The notes beneath the pieces were generated by a model. The model had not been told where the DNA came from and did not search any database. It saw only the letters and a list, made by a program, of their open reading frames with translations. The translations under genes were made by a program, and so were the position numbers. A stretch of DNA of 64,000 nucleotides from Lytechinus pictus (Eukaryota), in assembly GCF_037042905.1 (NCBI RefSeq), contig NC_087252.1:18912001-18976000 (forward strand), read 5' to 3'. The stretch's first letter is position 1, and each line of letters starts with the position of its first letter. Shown here one piece after another: positions 26,249 to 38,480 of the stretch.

Positions 26249-26688
26249 GTAAGAATAAAACAAATTGTTTTATGGGAACTGGGAAAAATCTTCAATGCAA
26301 ATATGCTGACAGTTCTACTCTGCAATTCCAACAAAGTCCATTTTAATCTGTAAGTGAAATAAATCACCAAAGGTATATCAAATTTCGGTTCATGTCAGCA
26401 CATTCTGCATGATTTCTTATTTCCTAATCCTGCAAATTCGAAGAAGCTGTCATGATAAAAGGATGAAGCTGATCGCCATTAACGAAAGGGATGGCAAAGT
26501 CCAACTGGTGACTCCATACTATCAAACGAATGACATATATGCAATTTCATAACGTGATACTGTTTGTTTATTTGAAATTTATATTGTCGAAAAAATTGTG
26601 AAATTATGAAATAAAAGTACCTTTCGAGATATTGATACAATGCTCCGAAATGTAATACTTGTAAACGTCTTTTCGTCTCTTACCTCAG

Positions 26689-26916
26689 GAGATGATCAGT
26701 GGCCATCCGACGACGAACTAAAGGTCATTGATCGTTACATCGATCACAAATATACAGCACACGTTCGAGAATGTCTTGATGTGTCCACTTTATCTGAGAG
26801 TGATAACAAGAATGATCTGTTTGGTACTTTATGTGCTTGGAGGCAATCATTTAATGGAGATTTCACAACAATGTATAGGAAGTTAGTATTTGCTTTAAAG
26901 GACACGAACATTTATG
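26689..26916 (+). CDS. Multi-death-domain-like protein, exon 4 (phase 1-1, 76 codons)
   Basis: Acceptor tctcttacctcag, donor ATG|gtaaga; PSDDELKVI...LCAWRQ...LVFALK. Confidence 0.8.
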
Positions 26917-27095
26917 GTAAGAACAATTATTCTTATCTTGTACACTTTCAGTTTTGCATGTTAAGGAATTCTGAATCGTTGGTGTCATTGTGTAGGCCCT
27001 GTCGAGAAAGCGTTACTAACATTCAACAAAAGCTGTCGTCCTAAGGTCATAGGAATCACACTCACTTGTCATGCTTTATGTCACTTTTTCGTCAG

Positions 27096-27383
27096 GTTTA
27101 CTTTCACCTGTGAGGAATGATGCTATCCACAATGCTGAGATCGTAGAGATAGCATTCAATCTACTCATGACTGACATCCTACCTGTGGTCAAGCATCTTC
27201 GAATCATTGAAACAAAACTGTTATCCTACAGACCAGCATTCCAACCGTCTCATCTCCAAAAAGGCACAATCGGCCTTGTTTCGACCTTAATAACGTCGGT
27301 GGGAAAGAATAAACAGAGAGAGGAGTTGTGCAGAAGGCTCAAAGACGGAGGATTCTCCGGCAGAATTCAACTGAATATAATTG
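27096..27383 (+). CDS. Multi-death-domain-like protein, exon 5 (phase 1-1, 96 codons)
   Basis: Acceptor tttttcgtcag, donor TTG|gtatgt; ...EELCRRLKDGGF. Confidence 0.8.
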
Positions 27384-27679
27384 GTATGTTAATTTGATAT
27401 TGGATGAATGTTCTACTTGGTACAAGCCATAACTTTAACCATAGAAACATATACAGATAACCTGCTGGAATTTGATAAATTAAATATAAAAAAATTGACA
27501 TTACACAAATTTTCGCGCATAGTATAGGACTTTATAAAGTATTAGGTAAAAATCAAAGTTGAAAATGCGTCACGATAGGTAAACAGTACACACTCTGTGC
27601 TAGCGTCATCTTGTGCGCTTACATTTTATTTTGGTCGCTTCACTTTACTTGAATTCCCTCACATATAATTTATAAGTTG

Positions 27680-28730
27680 ATTTTTGTCTCGCCTGCATAG
27701 CAGAGCGAGACTATAGGCTCCCCTTTCCGCTGGCGACGGATGCGGCATCGTCGAAATTGACATCTTAACCAAGATTAAGTTTTTTAAATGACATCATAAC
27801 TTAGAAAGTATATAGACCTAGTTCATGAAATTAAAGCATAAGGGTAATCAAGTTTTACTAAACATCCTGCCTGAGTTTCAGGTCATATGACTATAAAGGT
27901 CAAGGGCCATTTAGGGTCAATGAACTTAGACCATGTTGGGGGAATCAATATCGAAATGTTAACCAAGGTTAACTTTTTAAAATGTCCTTATAACTTAGAA
28001 AGTATTTGGACCTAGTTCATGAAACTTGAAAATAAGGGTAATAGTGTATTGCTAAATATCCTGCTTGAGTTTTAGGTCACATTGCCAGGGTCAAATGTAA
28101 TTTAGGATAAACGAACTTTGACCATGTTGGAGGTATACGTGGAATTGTCAACATAACTTTGATACTTTATGGATCTAGATCGTGAAACTTAGACATAGGA
28201 ACAATAAAGTATCCTTAAAAATTATGTGCGAGTTTCAGGTCACACGACCAAGGTCAAAGGTCATTTAGGATCAACGAACTTTGATAATGTGGGGGTATTT
28301 GTGGAATTGTCATCATAACTTTAAACGGTTATAGCTCTAGTTCATGAAACTTGAGACATAAGAGTAACCATGTATCCCTGAATATCCTTTGCGTGTTTTA
28401 GGTCACTTGACCAAGATCAAAGGTCATTTTAGGTCAATGAACTTTGGCCGTGTTGGGGGGTATTTGTTGAATTGGCATCAGGACTTAGAAAGTTTATGGA
28501 CATGTAGTTCATGAAACGTAGACATAAGGGTAATCAAGCATGATTGGTTGTTTGGCACATGTCACATGATCATGTTCAAAGGTCATGTTGGGTCAATGGA
28601 CATAGTGTTTTATTATCATATGAGTGTTTTATTTTGTGGAAAATTATTCAATAGCTTTTTTCAAAGTCAGCACTGCTGCTTTATTGAATTACGTATTGCA
28701 GGCGAGGCAGCCAGAGGCGTTCCACTTGTT
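27680..28730. mobile_element. Intronic HINE/DINE-1-like element with approximately 150-bp internal tandem repeats
   Basis: Starts tttttgtctcgc...gcgagac hairpin; repeats of gttcatgaaactt...cataag...ggtcaaaggtca; ends aggcgag...ccacttgtt; related 3' end at about 39550-39853. Confidence 0.6.
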
Positions 28731-28787
28731 AAAGATTAGTTGCACTGGCTAATGTCTACTATTTTGATGTTTTCATTTATTCTCAAG

Positions 28788-29453
28788 CCCGTCAAATGTC
28801 CTACGGAGAACTTTCAACAATTTTCAACACACAGACAACATGCATATCGAGTGCTAATGAAGAGAAAGAAGCCCCACAGCAAGAGCCACAAGAAGGGGAT
28901 CACTTGCTGACTCAAGAAAAACATCAAGCACCTGATCCGACCACTGCGACATTAGAGCCTGAAGTTAAGAAGGACGCAGAGTCCACGAAAGGTTTCAACC
29001 GTATTAAGAACATTCTACGCAGCAATTCGTCAAAACAGAGTCCCGATACCACGCAACAAGAGATGAAATCAAAGGAAGGAAGCACTTCCTTAGGTAAATC
29101 AGTAACAAAAACCTTGTTGGATACAGCAATAGCGATGGAACCGATTGTCGTTCAAGCCGTAGAATCCTCGCCAGAAGTCACGGAAAGAACAATCTCCTCA
29201 AATGAAACAATAGTTAATATTGAACCGGATGCGATTACATCTGAAGTCTGTCTGCATCTCAGCGAGATCAAACAGACACTAAACTTGTCAGATGAAGATG
29301 TTTGCTCCTGGGTTGGCGGGAATCTGGACGAGTTCACATTGTTTCAGATATGGAAGGCAAAAACTCGCTTTTCTGCCATTAGTGAACGAGCATCAGTGAT
29401 TAAATGTATGCATGACTCTGGAAAAGGTGAACTTGCAAGATCAGTAATCGAAG
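28788..29453 (+). CDS. Multi-death-domain-like protein, exon 6 (phase 1-1, 222 codons; low-complexity linker inside the module)
   Basis: Acceptor ttattctcaag, donor AAG|gtaatt; long open frame with TLFQIWKAK...GKGELARSV. Confidence 0.8.
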
Positions 29454-29924
29454 GTAATTCATCATTTAAAAAAAATATCAAATTCACTTTCATTGAAAGT
29501 TTTCATAATTTTTCATAATTTCATAATTGTAGTTTTTTTTACTGCATTTGATATAAATTATTCAACCCATTTTATCTAATGAGGAAGGTAAAAATTGAAA
29601 AAAATGCTTACCCCAATTATCAGGACTTTGCCAGGTGATATTTAAAACGGGGGCAAGACGACCGAGTTGTAATATCAGGTTTATTCACTTGGCCCAGACC
29701 TCTTGTTTTCTCCTTTTTTGGCCTTCGTTTATCCTTTTTCTCCTTTTCTCTCGTTTTTATAGGGGCCTTGTTTTACCTTAATTAACCTATCTTGGTTTTA
29801 CTTCTTATTGCAGTTGGCCAAAAAAAAATTAGGGTCTGATTTTTCCATTAACTTGTTACATTTTTTTTATTAGTATTAGTGACGCTAACTGCCATCCTAC
29901 AATATTGTTTAATTATTATTTAAG

Positions 29925-30298
29925 GTAAATTCATACCTGAAGAGATCAGTCTCTCCTTCGTTAAGCATGTCATCCAGACAGCGGGAACTAACAGTAAGCT
30001 GGAAAAATTAGCTGCATCACTGGATCTGAAGAAGGAGTTTCTAGAAAGTAAAAGTTCGGTTGATGCCATAAGTGAGATCATTCAGAAGAGACTAGTCACC
30101 AGTATGAAAGGATCCGAAAATATTCCTGGAGATGGGTCTGGAGCGAGCAAAAAGTCAAAAAAGGATAAGGATGTTAAAAGTCAGATGGGACCAAGCCAAG
30201 TTCATAATCCTGCCAATCAAGCAGACAAACTTGTAGAATATGGATTTATGGACTTAGCTCGCGAACTTCTGATTATATACCAGAATAACACTCAGTAA
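29925..30298 (+). CDS. Multi-death-domain-like protein, last coding exon (stop TAA at 30296-30298)
   Basis: Acceptor ttattatttaag in phase 1; open frame to LVEYGFMDLARELL; AT-rich 3' region with AATAAA near 32130-32340. Confidence 0.8.
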
Positions 30299-30695
30299 AC
30301 GCCTATGATGTAAACTGAGATACTTATTTTGTTTTCGTTAGACCACTGTATCCACCAGACACAGCAAGAACTACAGTACTTACTAAACACAACTATTAGG
30401 AAAAGTTTAGATTTCTGGAAAGAACAATATTGTCATATTATCAGATGTATAAAAAAAGGTGGTGTTCCCCTCATATGATTGTTAACAAAATGCCTACACA
30501 CAATAAACTCCAAACTATATGCATGATATGGATATTCTTTAAATAAGGATTCCTTGAACTGTTGAAACAGGATAGAATCGAACCAGTGACTAGGAATATT
30601 TCATTGATTTACATCACTAGTAACAGAGGTGGAGACATGTGTGATGGACAGTGTCGGGTGTCAAGTTTAATATTTATGTGATAGACGTAACTATA

Positions 30696-31475
30696 CACTG
30701 CGTCCCAGAAAAAACGAAACCGAGATTTATCGATGATTTATCATAACTTAATCACAAATAAAATAGACAAGTGATCTACCATTGTAAAGCTTAGAAACAT
30801 CTTCTTTTATCTGAAATTACAAAGATTATTCCTCATTCGCGCATGAGTGAGCAAAAACAATTAGAAGAATTGATACCAAAAAATCATTTGGCGGGGGTAT
30901 CTGAATTTCAAATAGAAAATCACATTCCTAAAAAAGTTCAATACCTGCTCTTTTATTTGATACTTTAATCACAGAAAATGGTCAAGAAGTAACAAATTTC
31001 TGTTCCCTCGAAGCTTGTATTTCCATAATTTCATTAAATAAACGCGTTTTCAAAAGATTTAATGCATGGCTGATCGTCAACAAATGGAGTGCCGAGTGAA
31101 TCGGAACCCTAGCCTGTAAAACCTTCATTTTATTAAATTATTGAAATTCAAGCTTTATTTCAAATAAGCAGAACTTTGTTATTTCTTGACCATTTTCTGT
31201 AATTGAGTTATCAAATTAGAGAGTAGATATTGAACTTTTTAAAGATGTGATTTTCTTTTTGAAACCCAGATACAGTCCGCCAAGTGACTTTATGGTATCC
31301 CCTCTTCAAATTGTTTTTTTCTCACCCATGCGTGAAAGAGAAATAATCTAAGAAATTTCAGATGAAAGAAGAAATTCTTAGCTGTACAATGGTAGGTCAC
31401 TTGTCTATTGTATTTGTAATTAAGTTGTGATAAATCATCGATAAATCTCGGTTTCGTTTTTTCTGGGACGCACTG
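30696..31475. mobile_element. Tc1/mariner-like MITE, almost fully palindromic, TA TSD
   Basis: ta|cactgcgtcccagaaaaaacgaaaccgagatttatcgatgatttatca ... tgataaatcatcgataaatctcggtttcgttttttctgggacgcactg|ta. Confidence 0.9.
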
Positions 31476-32381
31476 TATAAAGGAAGACGAGTGATGTATG
31501 CATATAATTAGACAGATTGACTTTTAACTTGGTAAAAAAAGAGGTTCATAAACATATGGATATTCATTTAAAGAATGCAATAGCTGACATTGAAGATTCG
31601 TATTATTAAGGGATTTTTCCTTAATGGTTGATGTTATTGTAGAAATTTAAAACGAAATGTCAAAGGCTCTATCATGTTACTTCAGTGAAGTTCAAATAAG
31701 TATTCCACTATTCCATTTTACCATCTAACATGATTTGAGCCTGTACAAAGAAAATTGAAATAGGAATAAGTGGATATTTGCAACCAATAATAACATATGT
31801 AGTTTGCAACTGCGCTTGGAATTCTATCCATCGTTATTTAAATAAGTTTAGTTAAATGATTTGTTTGCAGTTGTCACAATAATTGTAATGATTTTAATTT
31901 GGCAATGGATTTTTTTTTAATGTAAATAGAACCTAGTATAGGATCCTATATCTTATATACTTTTATCTCTTACACATTTATTTTTATGAGAAATGTTTGT
32001 TTTCATATCCTTCCCCAACTATATAGTCTTGTAGATTTCTTAATGGAAAATATGAAATATAAAATCTGAAATCATGAATTGAGTTATAGAATTACCTGAA
32101 ATAATATAACTTTCTTTATGGTTTCAATAATAAAGTAAATTCTTTATGATTTTAATAATAAAGTAAAAAGATTGAAATTCACGTAATAAAATTTGCGAGT
32201 ATCAAAACAAGGGGAAAAGGGCCTTCCAATGGGTGTCATATTAATTATGTTTATTGACTTGGTACGAAGAATATTATTTCAATTTAAACTTATATTTTTA
32301 GGGAGAAATTCATTAACATTTTCTACTATCCAATAAAGATGTGTATATCCATTTTTAAAACTGTTTGTCTCTCTTTTTTAA

Positions 32382-32972
32382 AGGACAAGTGAACTCAATC
32401 AAAAAGTTGATTTGAATAAAGAGAGAAAAATCCAATAAGCATAACACTGAAAACTTCATCGAAATCGGATGTAAAATAAAAAAGTTATGACATTTTAAAG
32501 TTTTGCTTAATTTCACAAAACAGTTATATTAACATCCTGGTCGGTATGCAAATGGGGAGACCGATGACGTCATCCACTCACTTTTTCTTTTGTATTTTAT
32601 TATATGAAATACAAAATATTCAAATTTACTCCTTCTTGTCAAGTGAAACAACAATTAATTTCTCCCTGAACATGAGCAATTAGCATTATTTTATGCTATG
32701 TGGTTCAGTCAAGTTGGTCCTTATTGTCAAATCTGTAAAAAATGAAATATTGTATAATTCAAACAATAAAAACAAAAGAAATAGTGAGTGAGGAGCATCA
32801 TCGACAGTCTCATTTGCATATTACTCAGTTGTGCATATCACTGTTTTGTGAAAAAGTAAGCAAGACTTTAAAATGTCATAACTTTCCTATTTTACATCCG
32901 ATTTTGATGAAATTTCAGTGTTAAGCTAGATAGATTTATTCAAATCAACATTTTCTGGGGTAGACTTGACTT
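32382..32972. mobile_element. Kolobok-like MITE (TTAA TSD, AGG terminus)
   Basis: ttaa|aggacaagt ... acttgactt|ttaa; same family in opposite orientation at 53318-54114. Confidence 0.8.
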
Positions 32973-35900
32973 TTAAGCATTACCCCATGTAATGCTATCG
33001 TCATATATTTCAAACTGAAAGATGTTACTTGGTTCAGATGCTTTCCTTCAACGTTACTAAAATATCTCAAAGCAATAAATCTGTAATTTGATGTATGACA
33101 ATGAAAACTCTTTTATATAATCACAGTAATCAACTTGTGACTTTTGGTGTTTTCATTCGCATTTCCCATTTGTGATTTCATGCATAATGCATATATTATA
33201 GACATCCAGTTTCCGGAGTATTATATTATCAAAATAAAAATCGAGACATCTCTAAGTAACTGGAATTAAATTTGTTGATTTTCTTTTTTTTTTCTTTTGA
33301 GAAGGGGGGGGGATGGGTCGACCTGAAGCAAAAAGTGTGCGTCAAAGTTCTAGATTTAATATCAAATCCATAATTTTGATGCCCTATGCCCTGAACCCTT
33401 GCCTTGGATTTGCAAACGAGCATGATTTAACATCTACACACCAAACACACCCCATACACACACAATCGAAGAACCACCCCTACCGGGCCGACCCCTAGTC
33501 TGCAGGCACAGACCCTGATTGGAACTTTGATAAACAAATGTGCCTCCACGCAAAGACTAGCACATACAAAACTTGCTGTCCTGAGCGAGAGAGCCTTCAG
33601 TACGCAAGGCTGCACATTCAGACCCTTAACTCGAGTGAAGGGTTTGCCCAGCAGACTAGCCGACCCCCCAATACACAAACTCACCGGAAACACCGCCTTG
33701 CCCTGGTTCTATTAATTTTCGCTTAAAAATGTGTATATGCGTATATTTATTTGATATGAATTTCGGTAGTTTGTTTAGAACACACAACCAGGGGTGGGCA
33801 AACAAAACCCTTTTTTTTTGGGGGGGGGTCAATTTCAAACAAAAGGATTCTGTTTTCCTTTTGGCTGCTGAACACAAATCTAATAAGTATTTTTGTTTTA
33901 GAATACGTCTGATATTGGTTCAGAGCGATTTTTCAAAATGACCGCCGAATTCTTAAATATCTATACAAATAAGTCATGCAATATGTCTAAATATATGTTT
34001 TCATGCTCACTGAGTACAAAAATACATGAATCAGACAAGTAAGGTCATTTTGAATGACGTTTTTTTTTGTTGAAAACAGCATTTTTGACAATTTTTTATG
34101 AAAATTGCCCCCCCCCATCACAAATTTTGTACATGAAACCTTATTCATTCACCGTTTGTTTGTTATTTGTCTATATACATGTTTTCATTGCCACTGAGCA
34201 CAAGAATATATAAAACAGACATGTTTGGTCTTTTGTACTGTCTATTTGCAGTCAAAAATAAAACTTTCTGCATTTTTTGTAAAAGTGACTGAATATTTAC
34301 TGCAAAATAATATTCATGCAACTATGGCTTGTAATTTGTTTAACCATGATTTTCTTGAGATTTGGTAGACAGTATATACCAGTGGTATTGTCTGAATTCA
34401 AAGAATCTGTATTTCAGTGGATTTTTGTCAAACATTACCCCCCTCCCAAATAAAAATAAAAAAAATAAATAAATAAATATATAAAAAAATTATAAATAAA
34501 TAAATAAAAAAAATAATAATAATGAAACAAAAAATAGATATAATTTCAAGAATAAAAATAAATTTAAATCATATCTATGAAGGATTTCAGACACATAGAG
34601 GTATTGCAACTATTACCAAAATTTTTTTATGTATATAAATATTTTCAGTCTTTCGGAGATTGGTATCTCCGCATTATAACAACATCAATAATAATAATAT
34701 TAAATACCAGATGGCTTGCGTATTTATTTTAAGATGTCAATTTTTTAGGTTACAATTTCATAAACATTGTTAAACTAAGAGTTTTTATATATTTTTTTCT
34801 TTTTGCCATGCAATCTACATATAGGCTTACTTATAATTTGATATGCATTATCAACACTACACTTGGTAGCAGAGTGATGATGTCATCAGAGATACTATTT
34901 GTGTATATAAGTGTGTTTTTGGTAAGGCTTTCAAGTCCTTAACAGATTTTTTAAACTTTAAACAAAATTTCATCTGCTGCTTTCACATTCCATATCTGAA
35001 TAATATCTGGAACTATTACGGGCCAAACATTTGTGAGAATTGCTAATATTTATTTTTTAGTTAGTGGGCAATACGTATATAGATATTCCTCCCTCTTGTA
35101 CAGTGCTATTTCTTTAATACAGGTTTAAAAGTACAGTTGCAAGAACGTCTTATTCTATATAATATAATGCATTCTCTCCTTCAGAACAGTGAACCAAGCA
35201 TATCTTGATCCATATCTCCTTGCATTTAAATTCACTACTTACAGGCAGATTCTTCCTGGTAAGAGTTCCATTAGTAACTTTAATAATGTAGTCTAGCTTT
35301 AACAAATTACGACTCGTACCCCATGATAAAATACAAGGTCGAGCATTGTGCAATCATCCCAAGTGATTTTCTGAAGAAGTAAGTCTTGGGCATCTGACTC
35401 TTTCTTTACTGCATCAATATAATTTAAACAAAAAGACCAAGTCTATCTTTTACATATCTTAGCCTGCATATATTATATTTCTTCTTGAACTTAACTAATG
35501 TAGGATCAAGGAAAATCTTCATTGTTATTCATGTTTTGTCTACAGTATCCTTATCACCCATTTTATTGATACCTAGCATTTCCATCATCAGTATCATGAC
35601 AAGTTGGCCCATCATTGTGTTGATAATAAAAACAGCATGTAAAACATTCATTCTAAATTATTATAAAGAATTTTTATTGTGTTGATATAAACTAAACTAA
35701 TGAAAAATTTGATTAAATCATGTCGTAACATAAACTCCTCAGTAAGTACTGAATCTATTGGCTATGAACCCCTTTAAACGTTGGTACTGAATTATGTATA
35801 CATCCTGCCATCCAGGGGAGCGTTCATGGAATGGCTTGTCAGACGTTTGTTAAGGTCTTAAAGGCGACTCGGGCTTAACGTGTAACTCGCCGGGTAAGTT

Positions 35901-37060
35901 CGCGAAAAAGTGTTCTATTGCAAATATAATGTACGCGCGCGCACTGAATAGGGAGTTTGTTCGAGAAAATCAATTTAGTACCGTACACGGTACCATCAAT
36001 TTTCCATAAAATACGTGAGTATTATTGAAAGAATCGTACTATATCAGTTATGTAATGTTAGGGAGTAATTATATAACTGCGGGCATGAATTTATACAATC
36101 TAATGCACTTCATTCGATATTGGTATGTAATAACATCGCCAACAAATATTGCGGTGATTGATTTGAATACTCTTGCCTTGGCTGCTCTATCTGTCTTTAG
36201 CGGTGTGACGCTGACAGTGCATGCGGAGAGTTCCGGCGAATGACTAACCTGAATTTCGTTTAGGTTTACACGGTTTCCAAATAGGCGGAACGGGTCCACT
36301 CACACGTATTGCGAGGTTAGTATTAGTATACTAACCTCGCACCACGAACCGCGTTTGGCAGTGGATTTCTAACTAGTGGGTCGCGCGTGCTGGGATCTCA
36401 CTTCTTGGGTCCACAACACACGACTTCTATGGCTTGAATTTTCTGTGCGCGGCGGCATGTAATGAATCCTTGGGTGGAACGGGTCATATCGCCATGGATT
36501 AACTGTGTTACGGTGTTTGGGTTACAAGTTCTATCCTCGACTTTGTTTAATACATGCATGCTGACTGTCAAGTTGACTCACTTCTGTTATTCGAGAATAG
36601 ATCTTGTTATAGCAGTGTAATTAATTGACTGTCTGTGTACCTCTGGCTCTAGACCAAAAGTTTTGGTCTCTGTAACTTATATTTGTTGTTCCGCTGAACT
36701 CCGTTGTGGCTCCACTCACCAAATACAGAGACCGAAGTTCTAATTCAATCTGTACAGGGACTCAATGGTCATATGTTTATTTATTAAGTTAAATAAACCA
36801 TGGGAATTGCATGACAGCCGAAGTAAGTCACTGTTTTTCCCTCCTTTTAATTTTTTAAAGGTTGTTTTTTATCCTTTATTAATGGGGCAAAACCAGTGAT
36901 GAGGCTGGGATAATTAAGCTGGATTTGCTGGCTTACCTTCAGCTTAACAATATGGGTTTGGAGCTCATGAACCTACCAATTTCCATACTTAAATGTGGAA
37001 TCTTTAACTAGATTCTTGAACAATTATGGTTGACCTGAGGGAGGGGGGCAGTGGTTGATA

Positions 37061-37285
37061 CACAGCAAAAACTGTGGTGTTAACCGGTGTACATAGAGGA
37101 ACACACCAGTCATTTTACACCGGTGTTAAATTGACAGTGTTTGATGTTATTACAACACTTTTGGTTGTTATACTTACACTAGCTGGTGTGACATTCAATC
37201 TCTAGTGTGTAATTTTAGCACTTCAGGGTGTGGTCCTTTATAGACACCTATTGGTATCAGTTTTAACACCACAGTTTTTACAGTG
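37061..37285. mobile_element. CAC-terminal MITE (CMC/EnSpm-like, TA flanks); duplicated at 38821-39040 and partially at 38504
   Basis: ta|cacagcaaaaactgtggtgttaa ... ttaacaccacagtttttacagtg|ta. Confidence 0.75.
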
Positions 37286-37964
37286 TAGCCAGTTGAAAAT
37301 AAGTAATAGTGAGATGGTACACCCGTGATACATGACAATTCAGGCTTTTTATGCCCCGCAGACGAAGTCCGGATGGGGCATTAAGCGTTGCCCTTGTCTG
37401 TCCATCTGTCTGTCCCCCCACTTGGTTTCCAAGCAATAACTCGAAAAATATTTGATGGATTTCAAAAATGTTTGGTGTGTAGGTAGATGACACTAAAATA
37501 CAGGCTAAGCTTAAATTCAGAGTCTGCACGTCAAATGTCACAGCTCATTAAATATGCAAGTTGGTTTCCAGCTCATTAAATATGCGAGTTGGTTTCCGCG
37601 CAATAACTCGAAAAATATTTAATGGATTCTTAAAATATTTGGTGTGTAGGCAGATGACACCAAAATACAGGCTAAGTTTGAATTCGGAGTCTGCTGTAGG
37701 TCAAAGTTCACAGCTCATTAGGTGTAGGCAGATGTACAGAGCCCGCCAGGTGACATGAAGGAGAAAAAAATCTCCGTGCATTATTTCGTTCGCTCGAAAT
37801 ACTATTTTGTTCCCTCGAAATACTATTTCGTTCCAACGCAATACTATTTCGTTCCCACGCAATATTATTTCGTTCCGAAGCAATATTATCCCCCCTTCAA
37901 TCTGCACGGGCAGTGTATAACACGTACAGCATAGCATCATGCTTTGGTATGGTATGCGCTGATG

Positions 37965-38480
37965 TCTGAGGATGATGATGATGGGGGTGATGATGATGCT
38001 GGGGGTGATAACGATGGGGGTGTTGATGATGAGGGTGATGATGATGGGGGTGATGATGATGGGGGTGATGATGGGCTTGATGATGGGGGTGATGATGATG
38101 GGGGTGATGATGATGGGGGTGATGATGATGACAGGGGTTATGATGATGGGGGTGATGATGATTGGGGTGATGATGATGGGGGTGCTGATGATGGGAGTGA
38201 TGATGATGGGGATGATGATGATGGGGGTGATGATGATGGGAGTGATGATGATGGGGATGATGATGATGGGGATGATGATGATGATGGCGTGATGATGATG
38301 GGGATGATGATGATGATGGGGGTGATGATGATGGGGTGATGGGGGTGATGGTGATGGGGGTAATGATGGTGATGGGGGTGATGATGATGATGATGGGGGT
38401 GATGATGATTGGGGTGATGATGATGGGGGTGATGATGATGGGAGTGATGATGATGGGAATGATGATGATAGGGGTGATAT
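37965..38480. repeat. (GATGATGATGGGGGT)n-like simple repeat
   Basis: Directly visible; generates spurious GDDD, GVMMM and poly-His ORFs. Confidence 0.95.
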
